From: Basidiobolus meristosporus CBS 931.73
Taxonomy: Eukaryota; Fungi; Basidiobolomycota
Assembly: GCA_002104905.1 (NCBI GenBank)
Contig: MCFE01000300.1
Location: 36,523-100,522 of the forward strand
Length of the DNA: 64,000 bases
Direction of reading: 5' to 3'
Below, piece by piece: positions 26,511-39,629 of the stretch (the first letter of the stretch is position 1; every line of letters begins with the position of its first letter). Position numbers and translations under genes: made by a program. A model generated the notes under the pieces. That model saw nothing but the letters and a program-made list of their open reading frames with translations. It ran no database searches and was not told the DNA's origin.

Positions 26511-27374
26511 TGATATGCCACTTGAACGTTTAGCTAAGGTATGATTTTTAGTCAAATCAATAAGTTTTATGTTTAGCCTATTTATAAAGCAGTGTTGTCA
26601 ATTAAGTCAGTAATTTGGTCAGCAGATGAATCTGCAGTTTTTGATGGGCAGAAATTGGTAAATTAAGTAAGTTCTAATTGGTTGATGAAGATGTAATTGA
26701 ATGAGTCTGCCCCACAGCCTATATTAGGAAAGACAATAAGAGAGCCACTGATCTGACAAGATATATGTAACAAGCTGCTGGAGCCTTAATCAAGATCAGT
26801 TCCAGCTTAAGTGAATACAATACTAGCTAAACTCCCTTATCTACTACAGCTCTTACATCAAGACTAGTAATATTGTTAGCTGTGATAACCTGAGACCTCC
26901 CTCCTGAGGAAAGAAAAAGCCTCCCTCAAGATGGTAGAAAACCAAGATTGGAAGAATGCCATGCTGCAAATTTTGGCCCAACAGCAACAATAACTGCATA
27001 TCCTAAGCCAGCAGCAACAAGGGATGGCTACCATGGACCAGAGTCTGCAAAGCCCTGTCAAGAGCAACTTTGATGTGAAGGTCACTTGTTACTATGATAG
27101 AGTCAATGAAAATCTGGAAACTTGGCTATTTCAGATTGAAGAAGCTTTAAAGGCTGAAGGAATATCCCCAGAAAGCTAGTTGTATTATGCAGATTCTTAC
27201 TTGCCAGATGCAGCTTTACAGAGGTACCACAATAACTGGGCAGCCACTTTATTAGGATACTCTACCTGGAACAAATCTGTGTTGGAAATTTAACATTCTT
27301 TTGAGCTCCCTCACCAGCAGAAACTACTAATTCCAAAGCAAAAGACTCTCAGACAGAAAGGAATAGTTCATGAA
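26510..27374 (+). mobile_element. Ty3/gypsy 5' LTR (to 26872), degraded PBS and gag start
   Basis: Colinear with 33238-34080 (ENLETWLFQIEEAL motif). Confidence 0.8.
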
Positions 27375-27434
27375 TGTTGTGCATTACACTCAAAATTTAG
27401 CCAATTTTACTCCATTAGAAAATCTAGTACTTAG

Positions 27435-27808
27435 TCATGATCTCACACTTGAACATCAAAGTTAGATCAGATTTTTTGTCAAATCAATTAGTTATATGCT
27501 TAGCCTATTAAAATATCAGTATTATCTATTGAATCAGTAGTATTAGTGTGCAGATGAATCAGCAGATCCTAATCAATGAGAAATATGTATATTAAGTGAG
27601 ATCTAATTGGTGATGATGATGATGTAACTAAATGAGTCATCAGCCATAACCTGTATTAGGATATTCTATTAGTCAGCAGTTGATCTGGAAAGATGTAAAC
27701 AAGGAGCTGCTGGAGCCTCAACTACAATTAGTTAAAGTTTTAGTGAATACAACACTAGCTAAACTCCCTGTTCTTCTACAACTCCTATATCACAACTTGT
27801 AGCTGCAG
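27435..27808 (+). repeat. Ty3/gypsy family LTR inserted in a family W LTR start (27375-27430)
   Basis: Matches 33238-33604; ends are degraded. Confidence 0.7.
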
Positions 27809-27819
27809 ATATAATTAGG

Positions 27820-28400
27820 GGTCCCCCTAATCATTAATATATTATGAACTTGCACTTAGTTAAATGACATATTTCACAATATCAACTTGGAAATTGGTTT
27901 GTAAGATATTTGTTATTATTAGAAGTTAGTGAAGATCAGAATTTTAGGAAAATTTCAGACTTGACACATGTACTCCTGAGACTCTGCTAATAATGAGCAA
28001 GTAGTTACATATATGTAATTTTGCAACAATTATTAATACTGTGTGGCTCCTCAATAAATCAACAAGTGACTATCATGTAAATCTTCTAATTATCTATTAC
28101 ACTTTCAATATGTTTCTCTAATATTTCAGCAGGTTATGAGCCCAAGCTTGCTACATCTTGGGTGTCTACTTTGCTTTAGTGCCGTATCTTTATTCTGAAG
28201 ATAGACTGCTGTGTCTACCTGAAGTTACAAAAGACAGAAAAGTACCACCATTGCAGAGAGCTGCTAAATCAGATATATTGTCATAGAGAGCAATGCCTTT
28301 GCCTTTAAAGAAGACACTGAGAGAAGAAAGAAGTCACATGTTGAGGAGTTCTATTTTTGTGTAGCTATTACATCCTCAACTAATCTGCAGAGCCTTTCCA
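27820..28400 (+). mobile_element. Ty1/copia family C: LTR (ending 28131), PBS GGTTATGAGCCC (28132-28143) and degraded gag start
   Basis: CA terminus directly followed by the half-tRNAiMet PBS, with AATAAA upstream. The LTR is unlike families A and B. The left boundary is approximate. Confidence 0.65.
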
Positions 28401-28481
28401 AGTAAGTAGTCATCCAAGATAAATCCAGCCACTTAGCAGCTGCCAAGACATCAGCTGATTGATGATCATTCCACCAATGGT

Positions 28482-28691
28482 ATGATGAGGGGCAAGGAAG
28501 CATTTAAAGAACTTACAGCTCATGATTATCACAACCTCTTTGAATTTCTGGCTAAAATTGCCACTGTTCCAGAGAAGAAGCATCCAATCAAACATCTAAA
28601 GGCCATAAAGGTGCCACTTGCCCCAAATGACCAATCACATGTAGCCCAAGTGGATACTGGATCAACCAACTCTAGTGTATCACCCATGTAG
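28482..28691 (+). pseudogene. Retropepsin (retrotransposon aspartic protease) fragment
   Basis: Motif QVDTGSTNSSVS. Confidence 0.5.
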
Positions 28692-29282
28692 TCAAGAACT
28701 CAATTTGAAGATAGAAAGAAAACATGGGAAAATCATCCTCCAAGCTAAGGACCCCTAAGTGCCAAGAATTGGTATCACCAGTCAGCATACATTGTGGCTT
28801 AATAACTATAATCCATCAAATAAATGTTATAGACATTTCAGATGGACCTCCAGTATGTGAACACTAAAGGTAATGCCTACTCTTGCACAAGAGTTCCTCC
28901 TGGGTCCTACCCAAAGTCTCCCCAGTATCCTCCCTGTGAGCACCTAGAGCATCCTTCCTCCTATTCCAGTCCTGACCTAGTTAGAATGCTTACTATAACA
29001 GGAAGGTGCTCACACCCCTATTTTGCAACACATTGTCTATCACTTAAGCCCCTGTCAGTGAAATATACATTTATCCAACCAAGACAAGTTGAAAGGGATA
29101 AGTATTTTGACATAATAGACTTGTTCTGTTGGATAGTGCCACATAGTGCCAGATCAATCTGGCACCCTACAGCGCTATCCAGCATCATAATTTCTACCAT
29201 GATGCCAGTGGTATGATACAGTTACTGGTAATTTTACTCAATCTTACTTATGTTGCTCAGAATAGTGCTTTCCTTGCTTTAT

Positions 29283-30079
29283 TTACTCTTCATAATACTC
29301 CAGACACATTTCTCTCAGTAGATGTCTTCTTGTATGAGCATACTGTGCATTAATAAGTATCTTAGCTATTTTACCTATTCTGCTTTTTTCTCCTATATAA
29401 AACATTCTGCTGTATTTACCTGCCAATATGCTGAATCTCTTCAGATATCCAAATATGTGCTCTACCCTCACTCTGAAATGATTAAATATCTCATTGTGGA
29501 GCTTCTGCTTCCTGCTAAGCACACCATTTCTTGGCTTCCTATAGGCTGTAATACATCCTAATCTGTGACAATCCTCTCTATATAGGCTAAGTCTGACATA
29601 CATTTCTCCCCTCTATTGAATTCAGGATGATTCTCTACCCAGAGTGCTTTGTCATGCCTACTTTCAGCAAATGGCCCGCTAAACCAGATGATGTTACCCT
29701 TAATATCAGACAGTGCTTGAAACTTCACATAGTGTGCCTTGTACTTGCCAGAATAAAAGTGCCTCTGCCCTCTAGAAGGTCTGTTAATCCTCACTGGGAA
29801 GGTATCCAAAATACTCCTGATGTGGAACCTGTTGCTGAACACTCTGGGATATGGAACCTGTTGCTGAACACTCTGGGTTATGGAATTCTGGATGATGGGA
29901 TGAAACCTTGTAGGGCAACTGTTCTTGTAATAGCAGAGAAGCTTAACAAGAGATCTCCTTGAGTAGATTGGGGTAGATGGTCCACAGTACTTGGAATAGA
30001 TCTCCTTAAGTGTGTCAAACGGAAATCCAGTGGTAGTGATGGGATTGATGAGAAAAGACCATTCAGATGAGTAAGTCAT
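29283..30079 (-). pseudogene. DDE_Tnp_4 (IS5/PIF-Harbinger clan) transposase, frameshifted
   Basis: ILDTFPVRI (D), YSGKYKAH, SRHDKAL, MSDLAY (D) and RVRVEHIFG (E), split over ORFs 29558-30079 and 29283-29603. Confidence 0.88.
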
Positions 30080-30438
30080 ATTAAAATTGGTGGATGATTG
30101 TATGGAGGTGGTTTGAATTGATTTGGCGTGATCTGCATTATTTATCTGATTTTTAATGCATTATGATTAAATCTCCATCAATTGCCATGTATCCTATCAT
30201 TATGTTGCAAAAATCATCCGCAAACAATGCCTTGGTACTTGTATTGATGCTTTACTCATAGATCTATAGTCAAATAGGAAATCTGCAATTGATGTGATCT
30301 GATCCCTGTCAACGCACTCCAAGATGCATCATGCATAAAATATGGAAAGTTCAATATTCACATTAGTTTTCATATATATTTCATATAAGACCAGGCTGAT
30401 GCCAATATGCTGCTATATAAGTATCCAAATCTGTTGCT

Positions 30439-31008
30439 ATGGTCTCCATACCAAGTCTCAACTCATGTTTAGTACAACCCAGACAAAACCCATCCCCCAG
30501 CACACAAGCATGGTCTGGACCGGAAAAGTTGATGTTGGATCTGTTTGAGTTCTTGCCAAATGATTTTAATATGGCCCAAGTGTCTATGATGAGCCTTCAT
30601 ACAAATATTTGGGCACTACTGATTAATCTAGCAGTACTAGATACCTTAGAGAGTCAACAAGGATGGAAGAATTTGAGTAGAAAGCAGTGGCATGAGTTCT
30701 ACATCAAGATGCCAGCCAATATATGTAAGAAGACATATAATAAGACAAGTATTGAAATCAAGAATGAGCTGAGAGTGAGGGGACTTGATGAAGAAGCCAT
30801 GAGGGAACAGTTCCGCGCACAATTCGCACAGTACAGGCTGGACGCGTCTGTTTGTGCCTCAACTTTGGGAACCAAAGAGATTTTGAATGAGTTCTTGCCT
30901 CAACTGACTAATGTACTATGTGATATATTAGTAGAGCTAAGTGGCTTCCGAGAGCATATACACAGGACTCATCCAGGCAACAGCTTTAAAGTATTAGACA
31001 GAGGGTAA
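30439..31008 (+). CDS. Putative Myb/SANT-like (trihelix) partner protein of the PHIS element; continues after a frameshift to about 31500
   Basis: WSGPEKLMLDLF...KQWHEFYIKM...KTSIEIKNELR resembles the WTxEExxLL...W..I...M...RT..Q.KNK pattern. Head-to-head with the transposase and conserved in copy 2. Domain call made by eye. Confidence 0.55.
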   Translation: MVSIPSLNSCLVQPRQNPSPSTQAWSGPEKLMLDLFEFLPNDFNMAQVSMMSLHTNIWALLINLAVLDTLESQQGWKNLSRKQWHEFYIKMPANICKKTYNKTSIEIKNELRVRGLDEEAMREQFRAQFAQYRLDASVCASTLGTKEILNEFLPQLTNVLCDILVELSGFREHIHRTHPGNSFKVLDRG

Positions 31009-32384
31009 GTGAATACTTTGAGGAATCAGATGGTGAGCTTCAGGAGGAAGAATACAGACTGCAAGCAACATTGTCCAGATTGCGCCAGCACGCCTCACTG
31101 GATTCCTTACCATCTCTTGCAACTACAGCACGCTGGCGCATGTTAGTCCAGACTATGCCAACACCCTTTACCAGGATGCCCCGCATCAAGTGAATGTGCA
31201 CACTTCAGAGCAAAACTACCAGAACTTGCCAAACTGCTCAGGTAGACAAAAGTCCATTGGAGCGGACCAAGTTGCGTCAACATGCAGCATCACATTGAAC
31301 TTAGCCAAGGGCCATCTAAACGCGTCAAGTTGCACCTGCGCATGCTGTTTTGCCTGACCATTAGCAAGTTACTTTTGGTGAACTGACTGATGATGACCAA
31401 CATGAAGTGCCTCAACTACCAGAGCCCTTGGCAAGTAAAGAACACATCAGCGTGTGGTATTCCAGGCCGGTTCAGTTGGTTCAATTGGAGCAATTCAGCG
31501 CAGCCAAGCTGCAGTATTGCACTCATCAACTAGGAGGCAAATACTGACTACAAATACTCAAGTAGCCAAGATGATAGTCAGCCAGGAGGTAGTATAGGTG
31601 TGCAAGGTGAGTCACTGCCAAATGCTTCAGTAGTAATCCCTGTGAGAAAAAAACCCAGGAGAAGATGATGCAATTGCTTTGAATTTCTATTATTTGTAAT
31701 GATCCCAACAACCCATTTTTTTTGCAATCCAAATTGAGCCATTGCAAATCAGTGATCATCAAGTTCTGGGTATAAGGAATATCAAGGTCGTCTCACATTT
31801 GAGACAGAACCCCTATAAATAAATACACTGCATATATATACTTCATATGTAATACCAGTGCAGCTATTGGATCTGTTTTGCACCTACCCAATAGCTTGCG
31901 TGCTAGCTATGACACCTTATCCAATCACTAGGATCAGGGATTTACTTGCTCAATGGGCAAAATGGGATATTTGATGGCCAATCAGGTAGCTTGTTTTGTG
32001 GTCAATGAGCCAATTGGGGGCTGCCAGCTTCAGGATACTTTTCGACCAATTAACCACTGAGATACCATCCAATTGGAGTGATGGTAGCCAAAATTGTAAG
32101 TATCAGTGTAGTTTATAGTGTGATACACATTTATTTCCATTTACATTCAAGAAACACATCCAAATACCGGATTTTACCTGCCATAATAGCGGTATCTAAT
32201 TGCACATGTGATGCAAACATTACAAGTTGGCTTAATCATTTGTGCCAACCTCATTGTGTCAGATTGTGCCATAGTGTGTGAGATTGTCCCACATAGTGCA
32301 AAATAGTCCAAGAACAATCCTGCCTTCTGGTAGCGATAATATTGCACCCAATTGTTCTTTACAACCGCAGATTGCACCACGCGC

Positions 32385-32680
32385 TGTGGTAGGGTAAACA
32401 TACCTCCCTCAGACAAGTTTACTCATATAGTCATTATGATATACTTATCCATATTTTATCTTATCAGTGTTATCCCATTCTTCTTTTGCCCATATTATCA
32501 GTATTATCCCCATATGATGTTTACCCTGATTAGTTATTAGCATTAGTTATCCCAGATGTTATTCAGCTTTGTGATCAGTATATGTATTTACATAAGGCAA
32601 GTACCTGTGTCAGTACCTGTGACACATGACCTAGGTCTGTGTTACCATCCCTACCATTTCAATACCATGTATGGTATTTT
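32385..32680 (+). repeat. Truncated LTR of family X (5' end), preceded by GCGC
   Basis: Reverse complement of about 21915-22210; starts TGTGGTAGGGTAAAC. Confidence 0.85.
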
Positions 32681-33237
32681 CAGAATTGTCAACATTGAAA
32701 CTGAGTCCTTCTGCTGTGGTCTTTCTTACAGATAGTAGAATGCTTGCAATTTCTGATATATAGGGCACTTTCTTGAAGTTCAGTGTATGGCTTTCTTCAC
32801 TGCTTCTAGGGTCAAGTAGTATAGCCCCTTCTCCCACTGTGTCAGGTGTTCCACTATAACCCATGAAAGCCTTCTTAATTAGAATTTCTTGAAGTTAGGC
32901 AAAAAGTTCTTTATGGAGTGTAAAGTGTTGAGATGCTCCAGAGGCAATGTACCATGTCTAAGAATCCTTGTTTGTATCTGTATTTGGCGCAGATATGAAT
33001 AGTCTATCTTCTGCTGCTGCAGCATTTCCATATTGAGGCTTCTTTTGCAGATTATCTCTCTTAATGAAACACCTGTCTAATGTGTGTCCTTTCCTTTTGC
33101 ACTAGTAGCAAAACGGGTTGCTGTTGTCTTTAATGGGTTTTGAGTACCTTGTTTATTGGTGATCGTTGCTTATTAAAGCATTTTCTTCTTTCCTCTCATT
33201 AGCAATTGATTCTCCTAGTTCTTGATCCAGGAACCTT
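32681..33237 (-). mobile_element. Copia family A gag-end/protease fragment
   Basis: Matches 59610-60160 in reverse orientation; cut by the gypsy LTR at 33238. Confidence 0.85.
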
Positions 33238-35326
33238 TGTTATGATCAGCTGCTTGAATGTTTGAGTTAGATTAGCTTTTAGTCAAATCAATTAGTATAT
33301 GTTTAGGTTATCAGTATATCAGTATTATCTATCAAATCAGTAGCATTAGTCAGCAAATGAATCAGCAGATCCTTATCAGACAGAAATAGATATATTAAGT
33401 AGGATCTTATTGGGTGATGATGATGCAATCAAATGAGTCATCAGCCACAACTTACATTAGGAAATACAATTAGTCAGCAATTGATCTGGCAAAATGTATA
33501 TAAGGAGCTGCTGGATCCTCAATAAAGATCAGTTCAAGTTTTAGTGATTACAATACTTGCTAAACTCCCTATTCCTCTACAACTCTTTACCAAGACATGT
33601 AACATTGGTAGCAGCAATAACCAGAGACCTCCCTCCTGAAGAAAGAAGAAGCCTCCCTCAAGATGTCCAAAAATCAAAAATGGAAGAATGCTATGCAGCA
33701 AATCCTGGCCCAGCAGCAACAGTTACTCCAGATCCTTAGCCAGCAACAACAAGGAATGACTACCATGGCCCAAAGCCAGGAAAGCCCTATCAAGAGCAAC
33801 TTTTGTGTGAGAGTCAACTGGTACCATAGTAGAGTTAATGAGAACCTTGGAACTTGCTCTTCCAGATTGAAGAAGCTTTCAAGGCTAAGGGAATTGCTCC
33901 AAAAAGCAAGTTACATTATGCAGCCTCTTACCTGGTAGATGCAGCTTTACAGTGGTACCACAACAAGATCAGGTCATCCACCATGATGGAATGCTCTACA
34001 ATCTCTACCTGGGATGAGTTTGTGTTGGAAATTCAGGATACCTTTGTACCCCCAAGCCAGAAAGGAATGGTCCAAGAGTACATCTATGAATATAGGTGTC
34101 TACTTGGACAAATTGAAAGAATGGAGCCTCTGGATCAAGTTGAATACTTTATTGATGGTTAAAAGAAAGAACTTGTACAGAGGTGAGTTATCAAAGACCC
34201 TAGAATTTTGAAGAAGCCATCAAGATTGCCATTGATTATGACTCAGCTATGTTTGGAGTTGGGAAGCCCACAATGACTAATCAGAGAGGCTACAATCACT
34301 ATGAAAGAAGACAATCAGAAGCAGCGCCAATGGAAATAGATGCTATACAGAAGAATGCTGCCTCAGAAGAATGTAAGAAGAAAGACTTTGCTTTAATTGC
34401 CACCAGCAGGGACATATTGCAAAGTACTGCGCTCAGAGAAGAAATGGACACCAGCCATCAAGTACCTTTAACTATATTGATGCCCTGGAGCAAAGTAACA
34501 TGGAGGATGAACTTGAAGAAGACTCAGAACTCACCTTCCATATGACAGAAGAATACCTTTCCCACATGACCTCAAGCTCAGGAAAGCCATTATACTTGAA
34601 TGGAGTACTCAATGGAGCACCTGCCAAATCATGATTGCTCAGGAGCATTCACAAGTACATGTCAGAGCAATTTGCTTTGAAAGCTGAAATCAACTTGGAA
34701 CCCACCAAATCAACTCCAGTCTCAACAGCTGATGGGAACTCTCACATAATCAACCCTATTACTCAGCCAGTAAGGATGACAATCAATGACTATGAAGAAG
34801 ATCTACAGGCCTATATATTTGGGAACTGCAAGTTTGACCTTGTACTTGGGAAAACCTGGCTATTTTGTCATAATCCATCAATCAACTGGAGAACCCATGC
34901 TACTCAGATACAGAAGGACAACAAGACCTACAAACTATTACCTGCCAGACTGGATTTTACTCGGTCAATTCCAGTGTGTGTGAAACAAGTGAACTTAGCA
35001 AGACACAGTTCTGTAGAGCACTAAGAAATGGCACCCAGATGTTCCTCATGGTCAGTATTACAGGAGGATTCCTCTACACCAGTACTCAAAAGGTCCAGAC
35101 TCTCTTGAAGGAATATTCAGATGTATTTCCAGATGAACTTGTATGGCCTACCACCAGTCAGAGATGTAGATCATGTCATTGACATAAGTGATAGCCCCCC
35201 AGTGAGTAAGACACCTTACAGAATGAGTCTATTGGAGTTGGAAAAGATGAAGAGACAAATAGATCAATTATTGGAGCAAGGATATATCAGCCCAGCAAGT
35301 CACCTTGGGGAGCACCAGTTCTTTTT

Positions 35327-36151
35327 GTGAAGAAGAAGGATGGAACTCTTAGGATGTGTATTGACTACAGAGCCCTCAGCTCAGTTACTGTGAAGAATAA
35401 GGGCCCCAAACCTTGGATTGATGAGCTTTTGGACCAGCTCAATGGAGCCACTATATTCAGCAAGATTGACCTCATGTCAGGATACAACCAGACTAGGGTG
35501 AAGCTAGAAGACATCCCTAAGACAGCATCCAGGACCAGATATGGACATTACAAGTACTTAGTCATGAGTTTTGGCCTCATCAATGCTCCTGCAACATTCA
35601 TGACACTGATGCAGACAATCTTCCAGGAGTACTTAAACAAGTTTGTGATAATCTACCTGGATGACATATTGATATACAGCAAGACAGAAGAGGATCACAT
35701 GGTGCATATTGAAAAGGTCTTGAAGAAGCTAAGAGAGAACAAGCTATATGGCAAGCTAGCCAAGTGTGAATTCTTCAAGGAACATGTTCAATACCTGGGA
35801 CACATAGTGACTAGCACAGGAGTGACCTTAGACCCTAAGAAGGTTGAAGTTATCAAGAACCTGAAGCAGCCCCATAGCATATCAGAACTCAGATCATTCC
35901 TTGGAATGGTTTCCTATTATTGGAGATTTGCCAAGTCCTTTGCAAGTATTGCAGCCCCTTTAACTGATATCCTCAAGAAAGACAACACCTATAAGTGGGA
36001 CATAGCTTGTGAGTATGCCTTTCAGACGCTCAAGAATGAACTTGCTAAACTACCAAGCTTAAGAATACCTGACTTCAGAAAAGAGTTTACTCTGTGTATG
36101 GATGCTTCAGATTATGCAATTGGTGGAGTATTGAGTCAAGAACACAAGTGA
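35327..36151 (+). pseudogene. pol: Gypsy reverse transcriptase and RNase H start
   Basis: KKKDGTLRMCIDYRAL, MSFGLINAPATF, YLDDILIYS, DASDYAIGGVL. Confidence 0.95.
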
Positions 36152-36543
36152 AAGGACTACCCTGTTGCCTTTGAATCCAAGAAACTGAACTCAGCAGAAC
36201 AAAACTACCTGGTGCATGAGAAGGAGATGCTTGCTATAATACACTGTTTGAAGACATGGAGATGCTATATTGAAGGAGTCAAATGCACTGCAAAGACTGA
36301 TCATGCCACCCTCAAGTATATATTTACTCAGAAGGTACTCTCTAGAAGAATGACAAGATGGAGTGAATACATTAAGCAATTTGACTTAGAGATTGTCTAC
36401 TGCCCTGGAAAAAACAACACAGTTGCTGATGCCTTATCAAGATTAGACAAGTTACACAACTCAACTTGGTGCATGAATCAGATTGGCCTAGCCTATTACC
36501 AAAGTACTTGGAGGACCAACCCATTCCTAATGAGGTAGATGAT

Positions 36544-36699
36544 TCATCATAGGTGAAACGCAAGGTATGCTTTGCATAAAGATGCAGATCTATGTTTCAC
36601 ACTCTGTGGCCAAGTATAGGCTCACTTGACCTCTCTGGCACACTATGGTAGCATTTGGCACTCATGGCTCAATGTGGCACTATCCAAGAGAACAAGTCT
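36544..36699. mobile_element. Right arm of the AGACTTG foldback/MITE family, followed by ACT
   Basis: Matches 51303-51458; ends GAACAAGTCT followed by ACT. Confidence 0.88.
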
Positions 36700-38228
36700 A
36701 CTATCCAGATGAATTATATGATGAAGTAATACATTCAGCAATTTGACCTGGAGATTGTCTACTGCCCAGGGACAAATAATATGTTTGCTGACACCTTATC
36801 AAGACTAAAACAAGTTGCACAACTCAACCTGGTGCATAAGTCAGATTGGCACAGCTTATTACCCAAGTATTTGGAGGACAAAGTGATTCCTAGTGAGGTC
36901 AATGATGATATCAAAAAAACTGTCAGGGATAAAGCCAGCAAGTTTCTGATACAGGATGTAACATTCTACTAGATAGTTGATGGATGCCCTATTGACTATT
37001 TCCACTATGTTGCCTGCTTGGAGTTAATACACAAGCTACATAATGAATATGGACAATTCAGAATTGAAGGAACTTATAGCTCTGTGAAAGCAAGAGCATG
37101 GTGGCCCAGAATGAAACCAAATATTGAGAAGCTAGTGAAAACATGCCCAAGCTGCCAAATCAACTGAAGCCAACCACAGAGAATTGCTGAGCTCTTTCCC
37201 TTGCAGTCTGTAAGACTATTTAGAGATAGGGAATTGGCTTTGCTTGGAGACTGCTTGCTGCTAGGAAGTGCCATTGGTGGATCCTAGTAGCAATTGACCA
37301 TGCCACCAAGTGGTCAGTGGCTACAGCTGAACCAGCTGCCAATGAATAAGAAGTTGTACTTTTCATCCAACATGAGATCCTGATGAATTTTGGATGCCAT
37401 GTATAAATAGCATCTTATATTGGAGAGAACTTTCTTGCAAAACCTTGGAAGCCTATCAAAAATGCAGCAGTTCAAACATTTGAAAACTTTGATATACTAC
37501 TCTAAAACTGATGTTGTCACTGAGTGGCTTAATGGACTATTCTGAAAAATGTTGAGCAAGCATGCAAATTGCGTTTGGAGTAAATGGAGCAAGTATATTG
37601 ACTAATCACAGTTTGCCTGCAGAGTTAGGGTGCGCAGCACTACCCAACAATTACCAATTTACTTAGTGTATAGATGGGAACACAGGTTGCAGGAGATCTC
37701 ACACAGCCAAAACTCACTGCCAACATGAAGGATGAGCTCAGTCAGCATAGTAGAACCCTACAATTAGAAAAAGACCATCAGGAGGAACAGGCCAAGATCT
37801 CTAAAGGTGCAGAAAAGATGAAGCAGAGATCTGTTATGACATTAACACCAGAGGCTTTGAGAGATGGGGACTTTGTATTGCCTAGATGCAACACTTGGAA
37901 GATGTTTGTGCCAGAATGAACAGGACCATTCAAGATCATCTGAGAATGTCTGTTTGCAACTTACCAACTAATATACAAATAGGTGAATACCCAGGAAGAT
38001 TTAATTCCTGTAGACAGACTCAAGTATGCAAGATTTACTGACAGTGCTGAATCACCAAGACACTTGAATTACAAGAAAAGAAACTCAGGAGAATCCTCTC
38101 AGCATCAGTGGCAAAAAGGGTTATGATCTACTTGCATGTCTAAGTTAGATCTGTTTTTAGTCATATCAATTAGTTATATATTAAGCCTAAGAGTATATCA
38201 TCCTATAAAAGCTAATCTGGTCCTGCGG

Positions 38229-39018
38229 TATGGTGGTGTAGAAGTGCTCCTTGGAGAAGCTACCCAACTCAAGGTGTGTGAGGTGTCTGATGGGTACAAT
38301 AACCTCTGGGTCTAAACTGCTATTGTCTTTGTCAATATGTCACTGTGGTAAAAGCTCCTGCTTCTCTAGCTTCCTAGGTGCTCCAAGTGTCTCCAAAGGC
38401 TTCTGTGTGTCTTGTGCACTACCATGAAAAGCTCCTTGATGGCAGGTCTGAGTTGTAACTGTTGAAGGCAGGTTCAGTGATCAACTGCTATTCATTATGG
38501 GAGAAGTGTTACTGATAGAAGGGATGATTTATTGATGAGGTATTGACTTCCCTTAAATACGTTTCCTGGATGCCAAGTGATTACTAATGACAAGGTTCTA
38601 GAAAAATCCAGGCATCAGTGGAATCCTTGATGACATCACTATGAGCTAAAAATGCACTAAGAAGGACCTAGAAGATTCTTAAACGCACAGCACATCCAAC
38701 CAATCCTGGATCAATAGTCTGAGACCTGAAGCATAAAGATACCATATATAATATTCAAATGGTAGGGATGGTAACACAGATTTAGGACATGTGTCACAGG
38801 TACTTACTTAATGTAGATACATATACTGCTCACAAATATGAGCAACATGTGGGATAACTAATGCTAATAACTAATCAGGGTAAACATCATATGAGGATAA
38901 TACTAATAAAATGGCAAAAGAAGAATGGTATAGTACTGATAAGATAAAATATGGATAAGTGCATCATAGGAGCTATTAGAATAAACTTGTTTGTGGGAAG
39001 TATGTTTACCCTACCACA
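38229..39018 (-). repeat. Solo LTR of family X, 790 bp, TSD GCGG/GCAG
   Basis: Matches 21407-22210. GCGG at 38225-28 and GCAG at 39019-22. The flanks join into sequence that is contiguous at about 52110-52145 (reverse complement). Confidence 0.85.
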
Positions 39019-39629
39019 GCAGGTGGATCCAATCCAGATCAGCCAGCAGGATCCAGTTTGGAGACCATCATAATGCTTGAAGCTTGGAATTAGTGACCCT
39101 CTTGACAATCTTATAATGGGATCATGAGAGCATTTCACTAATTTTACTACCAAATGAAATTATAAACTTAACAGGGTTTGATTGCTGCTGTAACAACAAT
39201 TACATGGCATTGTTGCAGTCTTAATGCACTCAGCAACTATTTTAAATGGATCTAAACAAGCAGTATATCCAATTGTCCTATATGGCAAGAAAACTTGACA
39301 CTATTTTGGCAGTCTCATTGCAAGTCTGTGATGGCATCATTAGGGCAGTATGTCAGCCTACAGCTAGTTCTGTATAATGCTACTCTAACAATATACCAAA
39401 TGGAATCTCCTTTTCCTACCTCCCCTTGTGCAATTCATATATTCCACTGTAGAATTACCCCACTTCAGTTGCTTACCCACTAATACCTTGGGTATTCCAC
39501 ATATAGTTTAAATAAAAAAACTGTGGTCTCCTGCTTACTAACCTCTACAAACACACACACTTGCCACAATAGCTGTACTTCTATCACCTCAACTTTACAG
39601 CATTTTAGTGTGATACTTGCAAAGTTGCC

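Larger units (their letters stand above)
29117..31500 (-). mobile_element. PHIS (Harbinger/Pangu-like) DNA transposon copy 1; the far end is not resolved
   Basis: Terminus AGACTTGTTC at 29117, preceded by AAT, lies about 165 bp downstream of the transposase stop. Two divergently oriented genes. A second copy lies at 47085-50510. Confidence 0.8.
33238..38200 (+). mobile_element. Ty3/gypsy element, degenerate and probably a composite of two copies (5' LTR 33238-33604; truncated 3' LTR from about 38119)
   Basis: PBS TGGTAGCAGC at 33606. gag MLFQIEEAF...ALQWY; CCHC knuckle CFNCHQQGHIAKYC at about 34390; protease at about 34630; RT 35327-36151; RNase H; integrase 36900-37700. The order is RT-RH-IN. 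Confidence 0.92.

Noticed and set aside
28132-28143. tRNA gene fragments
   Set aside because: These are primer-binding sites directly adjacent to LTR ends; there is no cloverleaf.
29283-31500. Fanzor/TnpB-like cargo next to the IS5-like transposase
   Set aside because: No RuvC or zinc-finger motif pattern is visible in ORF2, which looks Myb-like instead.
32290-32325. Degenerate second terminus of PHIS copy 1 (CCAAGAACAATCCT)
   Set aside because: It is not followed by AAT, and the nearby GTGCCA motifs are in the wrong orientation for a right end. Left unresolved.
33663-33938. Poly-Q ORF as a host regulatory protein
   Set aside because: It is the N-terminus of gypsy gag, repeated at about 26950-27100.
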